This document shows positions 26,216 through 34,835 of a DNA stretch of 37,459 nucleotides, one piece after another; within the stretch, counting starts at the first letter, position 1, and each line of letters starts with the position of its first letter. The stretch is from a virus (Duplodnaviria > Heunggongvirae > Uroviricota > Caudoviricetes): the IMG/VR virus record IMGVR_UViG_3300022562_000399; one strand, written 5' to 3'. Below the pieces are notes generated by a model that saw only the letters and a list, made by a program, of their open reading frames with translations, did not search any database and had not been told where the DNA came from. A program made the position numbers and the translations under genes.

Positions 26216-28824
26216 TAGCTCTGCCCTCCTCTCGCGCGGTCGAGACCGTACTGGCCTTCCAAGTCACGCGCCAACCCCGTACCGGACCGGATGTTCTCAC
26301 CCATCTTCTTCTCGATGCTCTCGATGATCACGTCAATGTGCATCCCACCGGACGCATCCTGCCGAGACTCCTGCCTGGCCTGCGTTCCCGAAGCGTTGTT
26401 GATCACATTGACCGTGACTCCAGAACCCCCACCTCCCGTGGCACCACCAAACAGCGACGCCTGAGGAGTCAGGTTGGGGTTGAAGATCACCGGAGACGGG
26501 ATCACAGAGGTGCTGGTGGAAGTCTGCACCGCAGGAGTTGGTGTTCCTCCGAAGAATCCGGCCGCACCTTGCCCCACCGCGCCAGTGATCAGTCCAAGGA
26601 GGGCCGACATGAACTGGTTGGACGCCAGCTTAGCAAGGTTCTGGAGCATGTTGTCGATCAAGTCCGAGAACTTCAACTTACCGGTTGTGATGAAGTCCGC
26701 GAAGGCATCGCGCAGATCCGTGAAGTAATCCGACAGCACCGTGGACAAGTCCTTGCCCAAGTCGGAGAACTCGGTGCGAAGCTGCAAGATGGTCTTGCGC
26801 ACTTCGATCTTCGCGTCCGCGATGCGCTCTTGTAGCGTCTTCCACTTGAACTCCGCTTCGTCGGTATCGGTCTCCGTCTTCACATCTACCGATCCGCCAC
26901 CAGCCAGCGAGCCAGCGTTGGCCTGAATGTTGTTGAACTCCGTGATAGCTTTCTCGCGGAACTTCGCGAGCAATTCCGACAGATGCTCAATGCCTACAGC
27001 GTTACCCAAAGCATCGACGGCCGCTCCGGCTCCGTTGTCCAACATGCCAAGCAGGGCTTCCGAGACCGACTTCCCCTGGTCCACAGCATCCAACTTGGCC
27101 ATCATCTCTGCGATGCCCTTGGGTCCCATCAGCTCGTTCAGAGACTCCATGATGGACCTATGGATGCGCTCTTTTTCTTTGGCCGCCGCCTCTTTCAACT
27201 TGTCGGCCGCTCCCGTTAGAACTCCAGATGGGTCCACCGCATCCCAGAATACCCCCCACAGGTTCTTGAACCTCCCAAAGAAGTTCACCATGTTGTTCCA
27301 GTATTCCTTGATCTTGTCGATGGTGTCGGCGACCACCTCTTTCATTCCCTCCCACAAGGGAGTCCAAATCGACGTGAAGACTATGCCGATCTTCTGTGCC
27401 GTCTTCCACACGTAGTCAGCCACGTCACTGAAAGAGACACCGAAGTATTTCATTGCAGCGGCAATGGCCAACACGCTCACAGCTAGGATCGGATGGGAGA
27501 GGGCTGGGCCAATCATGATTTTGAAGAGCTTAGTAAGGGAGCCGCCCAACTTGGTGAAGCCGGTGTAGGTAGCAGCGAGCCCTGGGGCCATGAGCACTAG
27601 GGCGGACGCAGCCGTTACCGTAGCCAAGCCGAACGCGATCATCTTGGCGATGCCTGTGCGAGACTGCTCATTCAAGTTGTAGAACGCAGTGTTGATCGAC
27701 GCAAGAGCGTCAGCAAACTTCTTAATCGAAGGAGCAAGGGCCGCGCCGATCTGTTCTTTGAACGCCTGCCATCCCTGGCTGATTCTCTTCATCGAACGGT
27801 CGAGCGTGTCCATCTGGATCAGGAACGCCTTAAACCGCGCCCCATCCGACTGCTTGACTTCTCCGAACTTGTTGGCGAAGTCCTGGGCGTTGGCCCCGGT
27901 CAGCGACAGAACCGCACCCAAAGACTCGGCCTGTTGGATCAACTTGGTGAACTCGACCCCGTTCTCCTCCCCCACCTGCTTCAACCACTGCAAGGTAGCT
28001 ATCAGTCCGTTGTCCGCGATGCGCTGGTGTAGCTCGGACGTGGTGATGTGCAACTTGCCCATGAGCTTTTCCAACTCGCCCACCGGCTTGAGCAAGCTGG
28101 TCATGATCGCGCGCATCTGCGTAGCCACTATGTTGGTGTCACCTGTAACGCCGGTCAGGGTCGCAAAGACCGCTGAAACCTCGTCGAACGAGACCTTCAA
28201 GGCGTTGGCGTTCGGGGCCACCACTCCCATGCTGTGGGCCAACTCGGGCAGCGTCGTCTGTCCGAGTCTAACCGTGGTGATCAAGAGATCGGAAGCGTGG
28301 GCCACCGCTCCGATGGTCGTGTCTCCGTACGCCTTGGTGACAGCAGACAACGCGCGGACCGACTCCTCCGTAGTAGCCAATCCGCCGATAGCCAACTGGT
28401 TGGCGACTTCGAGGATGCCAGCCGCGTCGGCAGCTTCACCGAATGCCGAGACAATCTGGTAGGTGGCGTCCCTCAAATCCTTCAGACTGGTGCCGGTCTG
28501 GCTGGCCATCTTCTGGATCGTGGTGTTCAGCTTCTCGACTGCCGCCGTGCTGTCACCAGACAGCAGGGTGGCAATGTTCGCCATCTGCACCTCTGCTTCG
28601 GAGAACGCATCGAGAGAGCCCTTGATCTGCCGGAAGCCGAAGAAGAACGTGACCAAGGCTCCCGCCAGCACCTTCAGCGTGCGAGCCATGTTCTTGGCCC
28701 GCTTGTCCGCGTCGTTGATGCTCTCGCCCGTGTCCTTGAACTGGCCCTGGGCCTGCTTCAGCGCCTTGTCAGCTTCGTTGCGGAACTTCAAAACGAAGCT
28801 GAGGTCGTTCTCGTTTGCAATCAT
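26215..28824 (-). CDS. Tape measure protein (TP901-type core), 869 aa
   Basis: Ala/Gly/Lys-rich helical sequence, LGQTTLPELAHSMGVVAPNANALKVSFDEVSAVFATLT core, hydrophobic central segments, C-terminal GVTVNVINN. ATGA overlap with the upstream chaperone. At about 1.5 A per residue this implies a tail of roughly 130 nm. Confidence 0.95.
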   Translation of the reverse strand: MIANENDLSFVLKFRNEADKALKQAQGQFKDTGESINDADKRAKNMARTLKVLAGALVTFFFGFRQIKGSLDAFSEAEVQMANIATLLSGDSTAAVEKLNTTIQKMASQTGTSLKDLRDATYQIVSAFGEAADAAGILEVANQLAIGGLATTEESVRALSAVTKAYGDTTIGAVAHASDLLITTVRLGQTTLPELAHSMGVVAPNANALKVSFDEVSAVFATLTGVTGDTNIVATQMRAIMTSLLKPVGELEKLMGKLHITTSELHQRIADNGLIATLQWLKQVGEENGVEFTKLIQQAESLGAVLSLTGANAQDFANKFGEVKQSDGARFKAFLIQMDTLDRSMKRISQGWQAFKEQIGAALAPSIKKFADALASINTAFYNLNEQSRTGIAKMIAFGLATVTAASALVLMAPGLAATYTGFTKLGGSLTKLFKIMIGPALSHPILAVSVLAIAAAMKYFGVSFSDVADYVWKTAQKIGIVFTSIWTPLWEGMKEVVADTIDKIKEYWNNMVNFFGRFKNLWGVFWDAVDPSGVLTGAADKLKEAAAKEKERIHRSIMESLNELMGPKGIAEMMAKLDAVDQGKSVSEALLGMLDNGAGAAVDALGNAVGIEHLSELLAKFREKAITEFNNIQANAGSLAGGGSVDVKTETDTDEAEFKWKTLQERIADAKIEVRKTILQLRTEFSDLGKDLSTVLSDYFTDLRDAFADFITTGKLKFSDLIDNMLQNLAKLASNQFMSALLGLITGAVGQGAAGFFGGTPTPAVQTSTSTSVIPSPVIFNPNLTPQASLFGGATGGGGSGVTVNVINNASGTQARQESRQDASGGMHIDVIIESIEKKMGENIRSGTGLARDLEGQYGLDRARGGQS

Positions 28825-29222
28825 CGCCTTTTTCCACGCCTCGTAGTAGATGCACCGCCACCCGCTTTTTGCTGGGCCGCAGCCATCTTGGCTTGGTGGC
28901 GCCTATCCTCGGCCTCTTTGAGGTCTGCGACCACCTGGTCTACGACCTGCCACGCATCCAGAAGGAGTGCGGGCTGGTCACGCCACGTGCCTGGATCGGG
29001 AAGACTGCCCCGCTTCATCCAGGTGTACGACTCGACCAGGCTATTGTACCACGCCGGGTTGTCGTAGAAGGGCCGCAGTGGGCAGAGCGTCCGAAGCTGC
29101 CCGTCCCACTGGATCGGTTTGGTGGCTGCGCCGCTACACCCGCGCTCCACCTTTTGCAATTGTGTGCACTTCGAGCAATCGTAGGCCGGGAGGGTGCGCC
29201 AGGCCAGGACTACTCGACGGAG
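28821..29222 (-). CDS. Tail assembly chaperone C-terminal part (gpT-like), probably expressed as a -1 frameshift fusion with the upstream ORF (about 272 aa)
   Basis: The -1 frame is open from the slippery site: (K)LRRVVLAWRTLPAYDCSKCTQLQKVERGC..., in frame with track ORF 28821..29159. GSLPDPGTWRDQPALLLDAW resembles the C-terminal motif of gpT-like chaperones. Confidence 0.8.
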   Translation of the reverse strand, partial: LRRVVLAWRTLPAYDCSKCTQLQKVERGCSGAATKPIQWDGQLRTLCPLRPFYDNPAWYNSLVESYTWMKRGSLPDPGTWRDQPALLLDAWQVVDQVVADLKEAEDRRHQAKMAAAQQKAGGGASTTRRGKRR

Positions 29223-29638
29223 TTTCCCCTTTGCTCAGTGTTCAGAGCGTTGTCTTGGTTGATCTCCCCAGCCAACTCGGTGACCACCTCAGACGGAATC
29301 CGATCCATGAACGCCTTGGTGACCACCTGGGTCTGAACGCCGCCCACGTTCTCCTTCGTGGTCTGGAAGGGAATCTCTTCCCCCTTCGTGTCCACGAAGT
29401 TGCGGCACCCGCGAAGGCCCAAACGCACGGTCTCGTACGCGGTCGTGTACCCATGAAACGACAGCGACATGCCGGACTCTGCCTTCGAGTCGGGTTGGAA
29501 GCCCATGGACGAATCCTTCACGAGCATCCGCTGCCGACCCGACAACGTCCCCAGCACCCACACCGTCGGTGACTCTCCCGCGTCGAGCTTCGACGTGTAC
29601 TCCCTCGTCCCGTCAATCGTCAGTCCTACCAGCGCCAT
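29210..29638 (-). CDS. Tail assembly chaperone (gpG-like), 142 aa
   Basis: Lies between tail tube and TMP, has a GGAGG SD and ends in a slippery site. Confidence 0.8.
   Translation of the reverse strand: MALVGLTIDGTREYTSKLDAGESPTVWVLGTLSGRQRMLVKDSSMGFQPDSKAESGMSLSFHGYTTAYETVRLGLRGCRNFVDTKGEEIPFQTTKENVGGVQTQVVTKAFMDRIPSEVVTELAGEINQDNALNTEQRGNSVE
29222..29228 (-). other. Programmed -1 ribosomal frameshift slippery heptamer G GGA AAC
   Basis: X XXY YYZ heptamer in the correct phase (codons AGG GGA AAC), three codons before the chaperone stop, at the canonical gpG/gpGT position between tail tube and TMP. Confidence 0.85.
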
Positions 29639-29656
29639 GTCTTTCCTCCACTCTGC

Positions 29657-29691
29657 AAAAAATAAGGGCCATTCCTTGCGGAATAGCCCCT
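29657..29691 (-). terminator. Rho-independent terminator after the tail tube gene
   Basis: Transcript AGGGGCUAUUCC-GCAA-GGAAUGGCCCUU then AUUUUUU: 12-bp stem with two G-U pairs, GNRA loop and U-tract. Confidence 0.8.
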
Positions 29692-29742
29692 ATCTTACCA
29701 CGCCCCCTTACCGTAGGCCTGGTCTTCCTTGTCGGTAGGAAC

Positions 29743-31068
29743 CTAGCCGACCCAGATTGCAACCTCGTCGTTGCCGTTGTTCGGGTCCACACGGCTCGCG
29801 ACTGCGGACAAGTCGAGGATCAGATCCCCGTCTCTCTCGCCGTATGGCTGCGACTCCGCCTGCAAGCAGGGCGTGATCCACGCCACCGCGTTGCCGACCG
29901 TGCCGCCCCCAATCACCGCGCCCATGTCGAACCGATAGGCGTTCTCCAGGGCCTTCCAGAATCCGTGCGAGTCCTCCGCGACGAACTCGGGGTCCGCCGT
30001 TGCCGTCGGTGCACGACTGGAGACCTTGGAGCCCTCGTTGCCCTCGTTGGCCGAGACGCACTGGCGAGGCACCACCGTGTTCGCCAGATCGAAGCCGAAG
30101 GACGCAACGCAGAGCGTGGTGTCCGGCTTGCCCAGGTTGGTGGCCGTGCCGTGCTTGAGGATCGGCAGGTACAACTGGGCGTTCTCGACGGTCGGGGGCT
30201 CCGTGGTGTCGAACGTGTTCGTGGTCGGGAAGGTTCCCTGTTGCGCGTCCACGTACGAGCCGACGAAGTTGAACGTCAGCAGCCCGATCTCGCCAGCGGT
30301 CGCGTCCAAGGAGACGCTGCCACGGCAGCCAGTCATGATGTGCAGAGAGCCGTCTCTGTAGTAGTACAGCGTCACCGACTGGTTCGCGGTCTCCGGGGAG
30401 GTGCCGAGATCCAGCGGTTTGTACAGGAAGCCGTCGGGCACGCACCAGAACACGAACATGTCACCGGCCGCAAACGATGTGCCGATGGTGGGGGTGATGG
30501 CCGCCCCTTGGGCCAGGGCAAACGAGACCGAGTCGGTCATGACCACAGCCGAGTTGTCGATGGCCGCGTTGCCACCAGCGCCATCACCCACGGCCGGGCT
30601 CGATACCTGGAACGCCGCCACACCAGTGCCACCAGGAGTAGTGCAGCGAATCACGACTCGGCGCGGATACGCGCCAGCATACGTGCCGGTCTTGGTGAAG
30701 GTGAACTTGCCAGTGGGAGTGGCGCCCAGCGGAATCGGAACATCCCACACACTGTTGGCATCGTCGGCTCCTGCCGACACCTGAGACGAGGACATCCAAC
30801 AGGCACGCAGGAGACGACCCAACTTGCCCTCGGACGAGTTGTTGCCCCAGCCCTTGACCTCAACCTGGAACTGTAGGTTGGCCAGCTTGCGGGCAATGAC
30901 GGAGGGCTTCGGGGAGCCGTGACCCTCCATGATCTGCCGGGTGATCCGGTTGAAGTCCGGGGTGAACTGCGGGTCGATCACCTCGATGGCATCCGCCGCC
31001 GTGGGGATGGCGTCGGCATCGAAGGTGGACTCCAGCTTTGCCCAGAGCACGCCTTTGTTGTAGTACAT
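29743..31068 (-). CDS. Major tail tube protein (Phage_tube_2-like) with an inserted surface domain, 441 aa
   Basis: VLWAKLESTFDADAIPTAADAI...ANLQFQVEVKG...GRLLRAC...SVTLYYYRDGSLHIMTGCRGSVSLDATAGEIGLLTFNFVG...FGFDLANTVVPR. Strong GGAGG SD, followed by a terminator. Confidence 0.85.
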   Translation of the reverse strand: MYYNKGVLWAKLESTFDADAIPTAADAIEVIDPQFTPDFNRITRQIMEGHGSPKPSVIARKLANLQFQVEVKGWGNNSSEGKLGRLLRACWMSSSQVSAGADDANSVWDVPIPLGATPTGKFTFTKTGTYAGAYPRRVVIRCTTPGGTGVAAFQVSSPAVGDGAGGNAAIDNSAVVMTDSVSFALAQGAAITPTIGTSFAAGDMFVFWCVPDGFLYKPLDLGTSPETANQSVTLYYYRDGSLHIMTGCRGSVSLDATAGEIGLLTFNFVGSYVDAQQGTFPTTNTFDTTEPPTVENAQLYLPILKHGTATNLGKPDTTLCVASFGFDLANTVVPRQCVSANEGNEGSKVSSRAPTATADPEFVAEDSHGFWKALENAYRFDMGAVIGGGTVGNAVAWITPCLQAESQPYGERDGDLILDLSAVASRVDPNNGNDEVAIWVG

Positions 31069-31135
31069 GTCTCAATCCTCCAGAAGGGGCTCCCCCCACG
31101 AGGAGGGCTCCCTGCAATTGTACCAGGTTCCCAGC

Positions 31136-31609
31136 CTACCTGGGCTGCGTCGTGTCACCGTCCTTGTGCCGGTAGTGGTACTGTACCGTGAAAAAACCTT
31201 CCAATTGGCGGTCGGTCGAAGAGTCCACCAACAACTCGTTCGAGACTTCCTCCGCGTCGATGGCCAACCCGTCTAGGCTGCCCCCCTGAGTAGTGCTCGC
31301 TCGGATCAGCGCGTGCAGGCTCGACAGGATGCCAGTCAACACCGTGTCGGGCTCGTCGTCTTTGGGCAGAAGCACGTAGAACTCGAAACGGACATTCATG
31401 TAGCAGTCGTACCGGCCCCCCACACCAGTCAACAGGCGCTTCTGCTCGTTGACCACTCGGAGTCCAAGGGCGGAGGTCTTGCGTCGATCCAAGCTGGTCA
31501 AGGGAGCACGTCGTACCACGTCCCACGCCCAGCCGTTGTCCACCACGGTCATGGCTTCGAGGTCCGTCTTGATGATCGCCATGATCTGTTCGCGTCTTGG
31601 GTCCGGCAT
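31136..31609 (-). CDS. Tail terminator / tail completion protein (gpU/gp17-like), 157 aa
   Basis: Directly upstream of the tube gene. RREQIMAIIKTDL...SLDGLAIDAEEVS...FTVQYHYRH is typical of tail terminators. Confidence 0.65.
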   Translation of the reverse strand: MPDPRREQIMAIIKTDLEAMTVVDNGWAWDVVRRAPLTSLDRRKTSALGLRVVNEQKRLLTGVGGRYDCYMNVRFEFYVLLPKDDEPDTVLTGILSSLHALIRASTTQGGSLDGLAIDAEEVSNELLVDSSTDRQLEGFFTVQYHYRHKDGDTTQPR

Positions 31610-31610
31610 G

Positions 31611-32306
31611 TTACACCTTCGCAGTCCTGGTCTTCTTCATCACGTTCGTCCGGATGCGATCAATCGCGCGGTCGATCAAGAAAGACTTCCCAGCCTCCAG
31701 CGTTTTGCGCATCCCAAGCCGTGCTGGTATCGACACCACAGTCAGCAGGATGTACAGCAACACCAGCTTGCCGTCGGCGCCCTTGGTAGCGATGAACTTC
31801 TTGCCGGTGTTCGGGTTGTCCCACCGGAAGGTGTTCTCCCAATCCCTCGCGCTCGCCTTCAGGGGAACTCCCCGCGAGTCCAACGCCGCAGGCAGAGGAA
31901 CCGTCAAGTAGGTCGCCCGCACCGGAACGATGTCGGGCAGCGTGCCCGCCTTGCCGACGGTGCCGAACTCGTGCACCTTCAACCACGACTTCCCACCGAT
32001 CCGTGCTTGTAGGTTCTTGATGGTGCGCGCCTTGTTCACCTCGAAGTAGAGGCTATCCATGGCGCCGCCCGACCTACGAGACAACGTGTTGGGCGTCGTG
32101 CCTCCTGGCCAGTTCCCAGCGTGCCGTGTCTCCAGTGCTCGAATGACTCCTTGCAGGAACCACTTCAGTTCGATCTTCAGAGCCTTGACCGCTTCCCTCT
32201 CGAAGTTGACTGACAAGTCTCTGGAGAAGTAGGCGAGCCCTACCGCCGCGTCTTTGAAACGCTTGTTCTTGTACTCGAAGACGATCTCGGTAGCAGGCTC
32301 AGCCAT
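31611..32306 (-). CDS. Neck / tail completion protein (HK97 gp10- or virion morphogenesis-like), about 231 aa
   Basis: Basic protein with LSRRSG..MDSL and KVHEFGTV...YLTVPL, and C-terminal VSIPARLGMRKTL. Position between adaptor and terminator. Probable start MAEPAT at 32306. Confidence 0.6.
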   Translation of the reverse strand: MAEPATEIVFEYKNKRFKDAAVGLAYFSRDLSVNFEREAVKALKIELKWFLQGVIRALETRHAGNWPGGTTPNTLSRRSGGAMDSLYFEVNKARTIKNLQARIGGKSWLKVHEFGTVGKAGTLPDIVPVRATYLTVPLPAALDSRGVPLKASARDWENTFRWDNPNTGKKFIATKGADGKLVLLYILLTVVSIPARLGMRKTLEAGKSFLIDRAIDRIRTNVMKKTRTAKV

Positions 32307-32321
32307 TGCAATTAGTTGCAC

Positions 32322-33230
32322 TCAGGGGGCGTACTGATACCAAACCACTGGAGGATCAGCCCCTAAATCGGTAACGAACGTCCACGTGGTACCAGAAATT
32401 CCGAACTCGTTGGCCAAGGTGGGCGTCTCCTTCAGATTGAAGAACATGCCTCCCCACTGAACAATGGGGGTACCCACCGGAGTGTGGGCAGAAGTCCACG
32501 TAGTGCCAGAACCAGATAGCTCTTCTCCAGTCGCCCACACATACGTCGGTTGCGCGTCTCCTAGCGAGTACAAGCTGCCTTCACTTGTGATAGGAGTGAT
32601 GGCCGTTGGAACGTAGCGAATGTGGCGCCCCAGCACGCGCGTCAACTCCATTCGCAGGGCTGACACATCGGGGGCGTTCTCTGGATTCGAGATCGCCACC
32701 GCTGGATTGCCCGCCAACTCGATGATGGTGGCCAACTCCGCCGCTTGTACGAGCCAGGACGGAAGTTCGGTTTGATCGTATTGGGTCGGATCTCCTCCAT
32801 CCAAGTTGAACCCGGCGTCGTAAGTCACACGCACGTAGTAGTCCGACAAGTCCGTGTCCACTATGTCAACGACCCCTCGCTCGTAGTCGTAGATCACCCA
32901 GTCCGCTAGGTTGGCGGTCGTGAAAGTGTACTCCTGAGAAGCATTGAACAGAGAAATGGTCTGAGCCGTTTTGATCGACGGAACAGTGAGGGCAGACATG
33001 AACCCACGAGTCAACAGCAACCGACACCTTGGATGCCCAGGTGACCAAACTCCGAACCGCACCCTGAAGGTATCGGTGATCGAAGCTGCCCCGAACTTCG
33101 TTCGCAGAAGGGACTCCAAGGTGTCGGTCACTGTTTCAATAGCATCCGAGATCGCCGTGTTCACGTCGGTGGCGTTCGGCAAGTACATGCGGTCGCGCAC
33201 GTTCGCGACGGGAACCAGTCGGATGCTCAT
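32322..33230 (-). CDS. Head-tail adaptor (gp6/gp15-like) with a C-terminal extra domain of about 80 aa
   Basis: VANVRDRMYL...DAIETVTDTLESLLRTKF...YVRVTYDAGF...LPSWLVQAA is the connector pattern. AGGAG SD. Confidence 0.7.
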   Translation of the reverse strand: MSIRLVPVANVRDRMYLPNATDVNTAISDAIETVTDTLESLLRTKFGAASITDTFRVRFGVWSPGHPRCRLLLTRGFMSALTVPSIKTAQTISLFNASQEYTFTTANLADWVIYDYERGVVDIVDTDLSDYYVRVTYDAGFNLDGGDPTQYDQTELPSWLVQAAELATIIELAGNPAVAISNPENAPDVSALRMELTRVLGRHIRYVPTAITPITSEGSLYSLGDAQPTYVWATGEELSGSGTTWTSAHTPVGTPIVQWGGMFFNLKETPTLANEFGISGTTWTFVTDLGADPPVVWYQYAP

Positions 33231-33239
33231 GGTCTACTC

Positions 33240-33641
33240 CTACAGATCGAGGATGTCGCCACTGGAGCCAGCCGCTTGTTCAGCCGCGATCTCCTGCTCG
33301 ATCTCTTTGATCTGCGCCGGGTCGGAGATGGTTGTCAGCCCCTTCTCCTTCATCTTCGCCTGGAACTTCTTTGCGATCTTCTTGTCCTTGGCCGTCTGGG
33401 CTGCGTTCGCCCGATCAGCGGCCGACTCCGCCTCGATCAAGGTGAACTTGTCGGGGTGGAATTTCAGAGCCATCTCCCCAATGTGCTTGGAGACCTCGTA
33501 AGGCTTGAAGAGTTTCCCCCTCTCCGTGATCTGCCCAGGAACCACCGGGTTGTTCCGAAGGTCTCCCCCGCCATGGGTGAATAGCACCGAGCCGATCACC
33601 AGCCTTTCCATCGGATTGTTTGATGTCCACGCAATCTTCAT
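33240..33641 (-). CDS. Hypothetical protein, 133 aa, charged C-terminus
   Basis: GGAGGT SD before the ATG at 33641. Position just after the MCP is typical of small head-associated proteins. No recognisable family. Confidence 0.7.
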   Translation of the reverse strand: MKIAWTSNNPMERLVIGSVLFTHGGGDLRNNPVVPGQITERGKLFKPYEVSKHIGEMALKFHPDKFTLIEAESAADRANAAQTAKDKKIAKKFQAKMKEKGLTTISDPAQIKEIEQEIAAEQAAGSSGDILDL

Positions 33642-33678
33642 CACCACCACCTCCACAGTGTTTTCACCATTCTAACCC

Positions 33679-33715
33679 AAAACAACAAAGGGGGCTGGGT
33701 TTCCCCAGCCCCCCT
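33679..33715 (-). terminator. Rho-independent terminator after the major capsid gene
   Basis: GGGGGCUGGG-GAAA-CCCAGCCCCC perfect 10-bp stem, followed by UUUGUUGUUUU. Confidence 0.85.
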
Positions 33716-33746
33716 CGTGCACAGGGTGCGGTCACGGCCAGGAGGC

Positions 33747-34775
33747 TTACGCCACCAGGCCGGTCGTCTTCACCGTGGCCAACTGCTCCTCGATTTGGAA
33801 ATCGACTCGCGAAGTCACGACGAAGTTGAACGTACGCGCCGAGATGTTCTTGTCGAACTCGATGGTCACGCGCCGCTGGATGCCCATGATCAGGTTCAGA
33901 GGATCGCAGAAGATCATCTGGGCCAGGGGCATCAGAGACACGGCCTCGACCGGCGAACCGTACGCGAAGAGCGGCTGCTCCTTGGTGATGTTCGTGTCAC
34001 CGAGAACGGTGGCGCGAGCACCCAGGCGAGCCCGATACGAGATCTCCTGGTCCACGGAACAGAAGTGCCGCATGGCGGGTCGGTTGCGCAGGTACGCATC
34101 CGGCATCGCGTGGAGCACCGCCTCGAAGTGATCCTCGTGGATCGCGCCCGCGTTGATCGTGGCGCCGTTGACGGTGTTCGTGGTGATGCGCTTCAGGAAG
34201 CCGTCCCACTGGAAGAGGTACGGGTCCGACGCCGACGGCGCAGTGCCGCCATACAGGTTGTCGGTCGTCTCGGCCAGGATTCCAGCCTCTTCGAGATCGA
34301 GGGCGACGCGCTCGGCCATGAGATCCAGAATGGTTCCCATGATGCCGCCAGCGTTCGGGCCACCAGTGCCCGTCGGTCCACCGGCTGCGCTGTTGCCGCG
34401 CTCGATGTTGTCCTCGATCACGTCGTACGTGAGTACGACTTCAGCAATGACCTCCTTGGTCACCAACTGGATCTGAGACGTAGTCGGCTTGGCTCGCGCC
34501 GTCTTCTCCGTCTTCGGGTCGAAAGCTCCATCTACTGCCGCATCGGCCAGCGCCGTTGCTTCGGTAGCCGCGCGGAGGATACGCTTGCCGAATCCGATCT
34601 TGTTGATCTTCCTCGTCGGAGCGTTCATCTCCACCACACGGATCTGCCGAAGAAGGGTCGGCTGGGCAATGAGGTTGCGGATGAAGCGGTTTGCCTGCTC
34701 GGGGTTCAGAACACCACCATTGCTGGTCAGTTCTGAAGCCACCATATCGGCTTTCAGGATCGCCTCGTTTGTCAT
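33747..34775 (-). CDS. Major capsid protein (HK97 fold, PBSX XkdG-like), 342 aa
   Basis: GGVLNPEQANRFIR...KINKIGFGKRILRAATE...AEVVLTYDVIEDNIE...DLEEAG...GIQRRVTIEFDK...FVVTSRVDFQIEE. AGGAGG SD and downstream terminator. Confidence 0.92.
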   Translation of the reverse strand: MTNEAILKADMVASELTSNGGVLNPEQANRFIRNLIAQPTLLRQIRVVEMNAPTRKINKIGFGKRILRAATEATALADAAVDGAFDPKTEKTARAKPTTSQIQLVTKEVIAEVVLTYDVIEDNIERGNSAAGGPTGTGGPNAGGIMGTILDLMAERVALDLEEAGILAETTDNLYGGTAPSASDPYLFQWDGFLKRITTNTVNGATINAGAIHEDHFEAVLHAMPDAYLRNRPAMRHFCSVDQEISYRARLGARATVLGDTNITKEQPLFAYGSPVEAVSLMPLAQMIFCDPLNLIMGIQRRVTIEFDKNISARTFNFVVTSRVDFQIEEQLATVKTTGLVA

Positions 34776-34808
34776 TGCTCTCTTCCTCCTAAGAAGATCG
34801 TTTGGTCT

Positions 34809-34826
34809 GGCTGGATTGCCCCAGCC
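34809..34826 (-). promoter_or_regulatory. Stem-loop GGCTGG-N6-CCAGCC between scaffold and MCP, with no U-tract
   Basis: Perfect 6-bp inverted repeat in the 60-nt intergenic gap. A role in stabilising the MCP mRNA is inference. Confidence 0.35.
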
Positions 34827-34835
34827 TTGTCCTTG

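Noticed and set aside
31086-31112. Direct repeat GGGAGCCC twice upstream of the tail tube SD
   Set aside because: Short, GC-rich and without a clear stem or a second occurrence. Not distinguishable from chance.
26215-33230. Contractile injection system, tailocin or GTA
   Set aside because: No sheath or baseplate wedge genes, and a full head module with a lambda-like tail tip is present.
33440-33460. HPDK motif suggesting a DnaJ domain
   Set aside because: The flanking helices of a J-domain are not evident. A four-residue match is likely chance.
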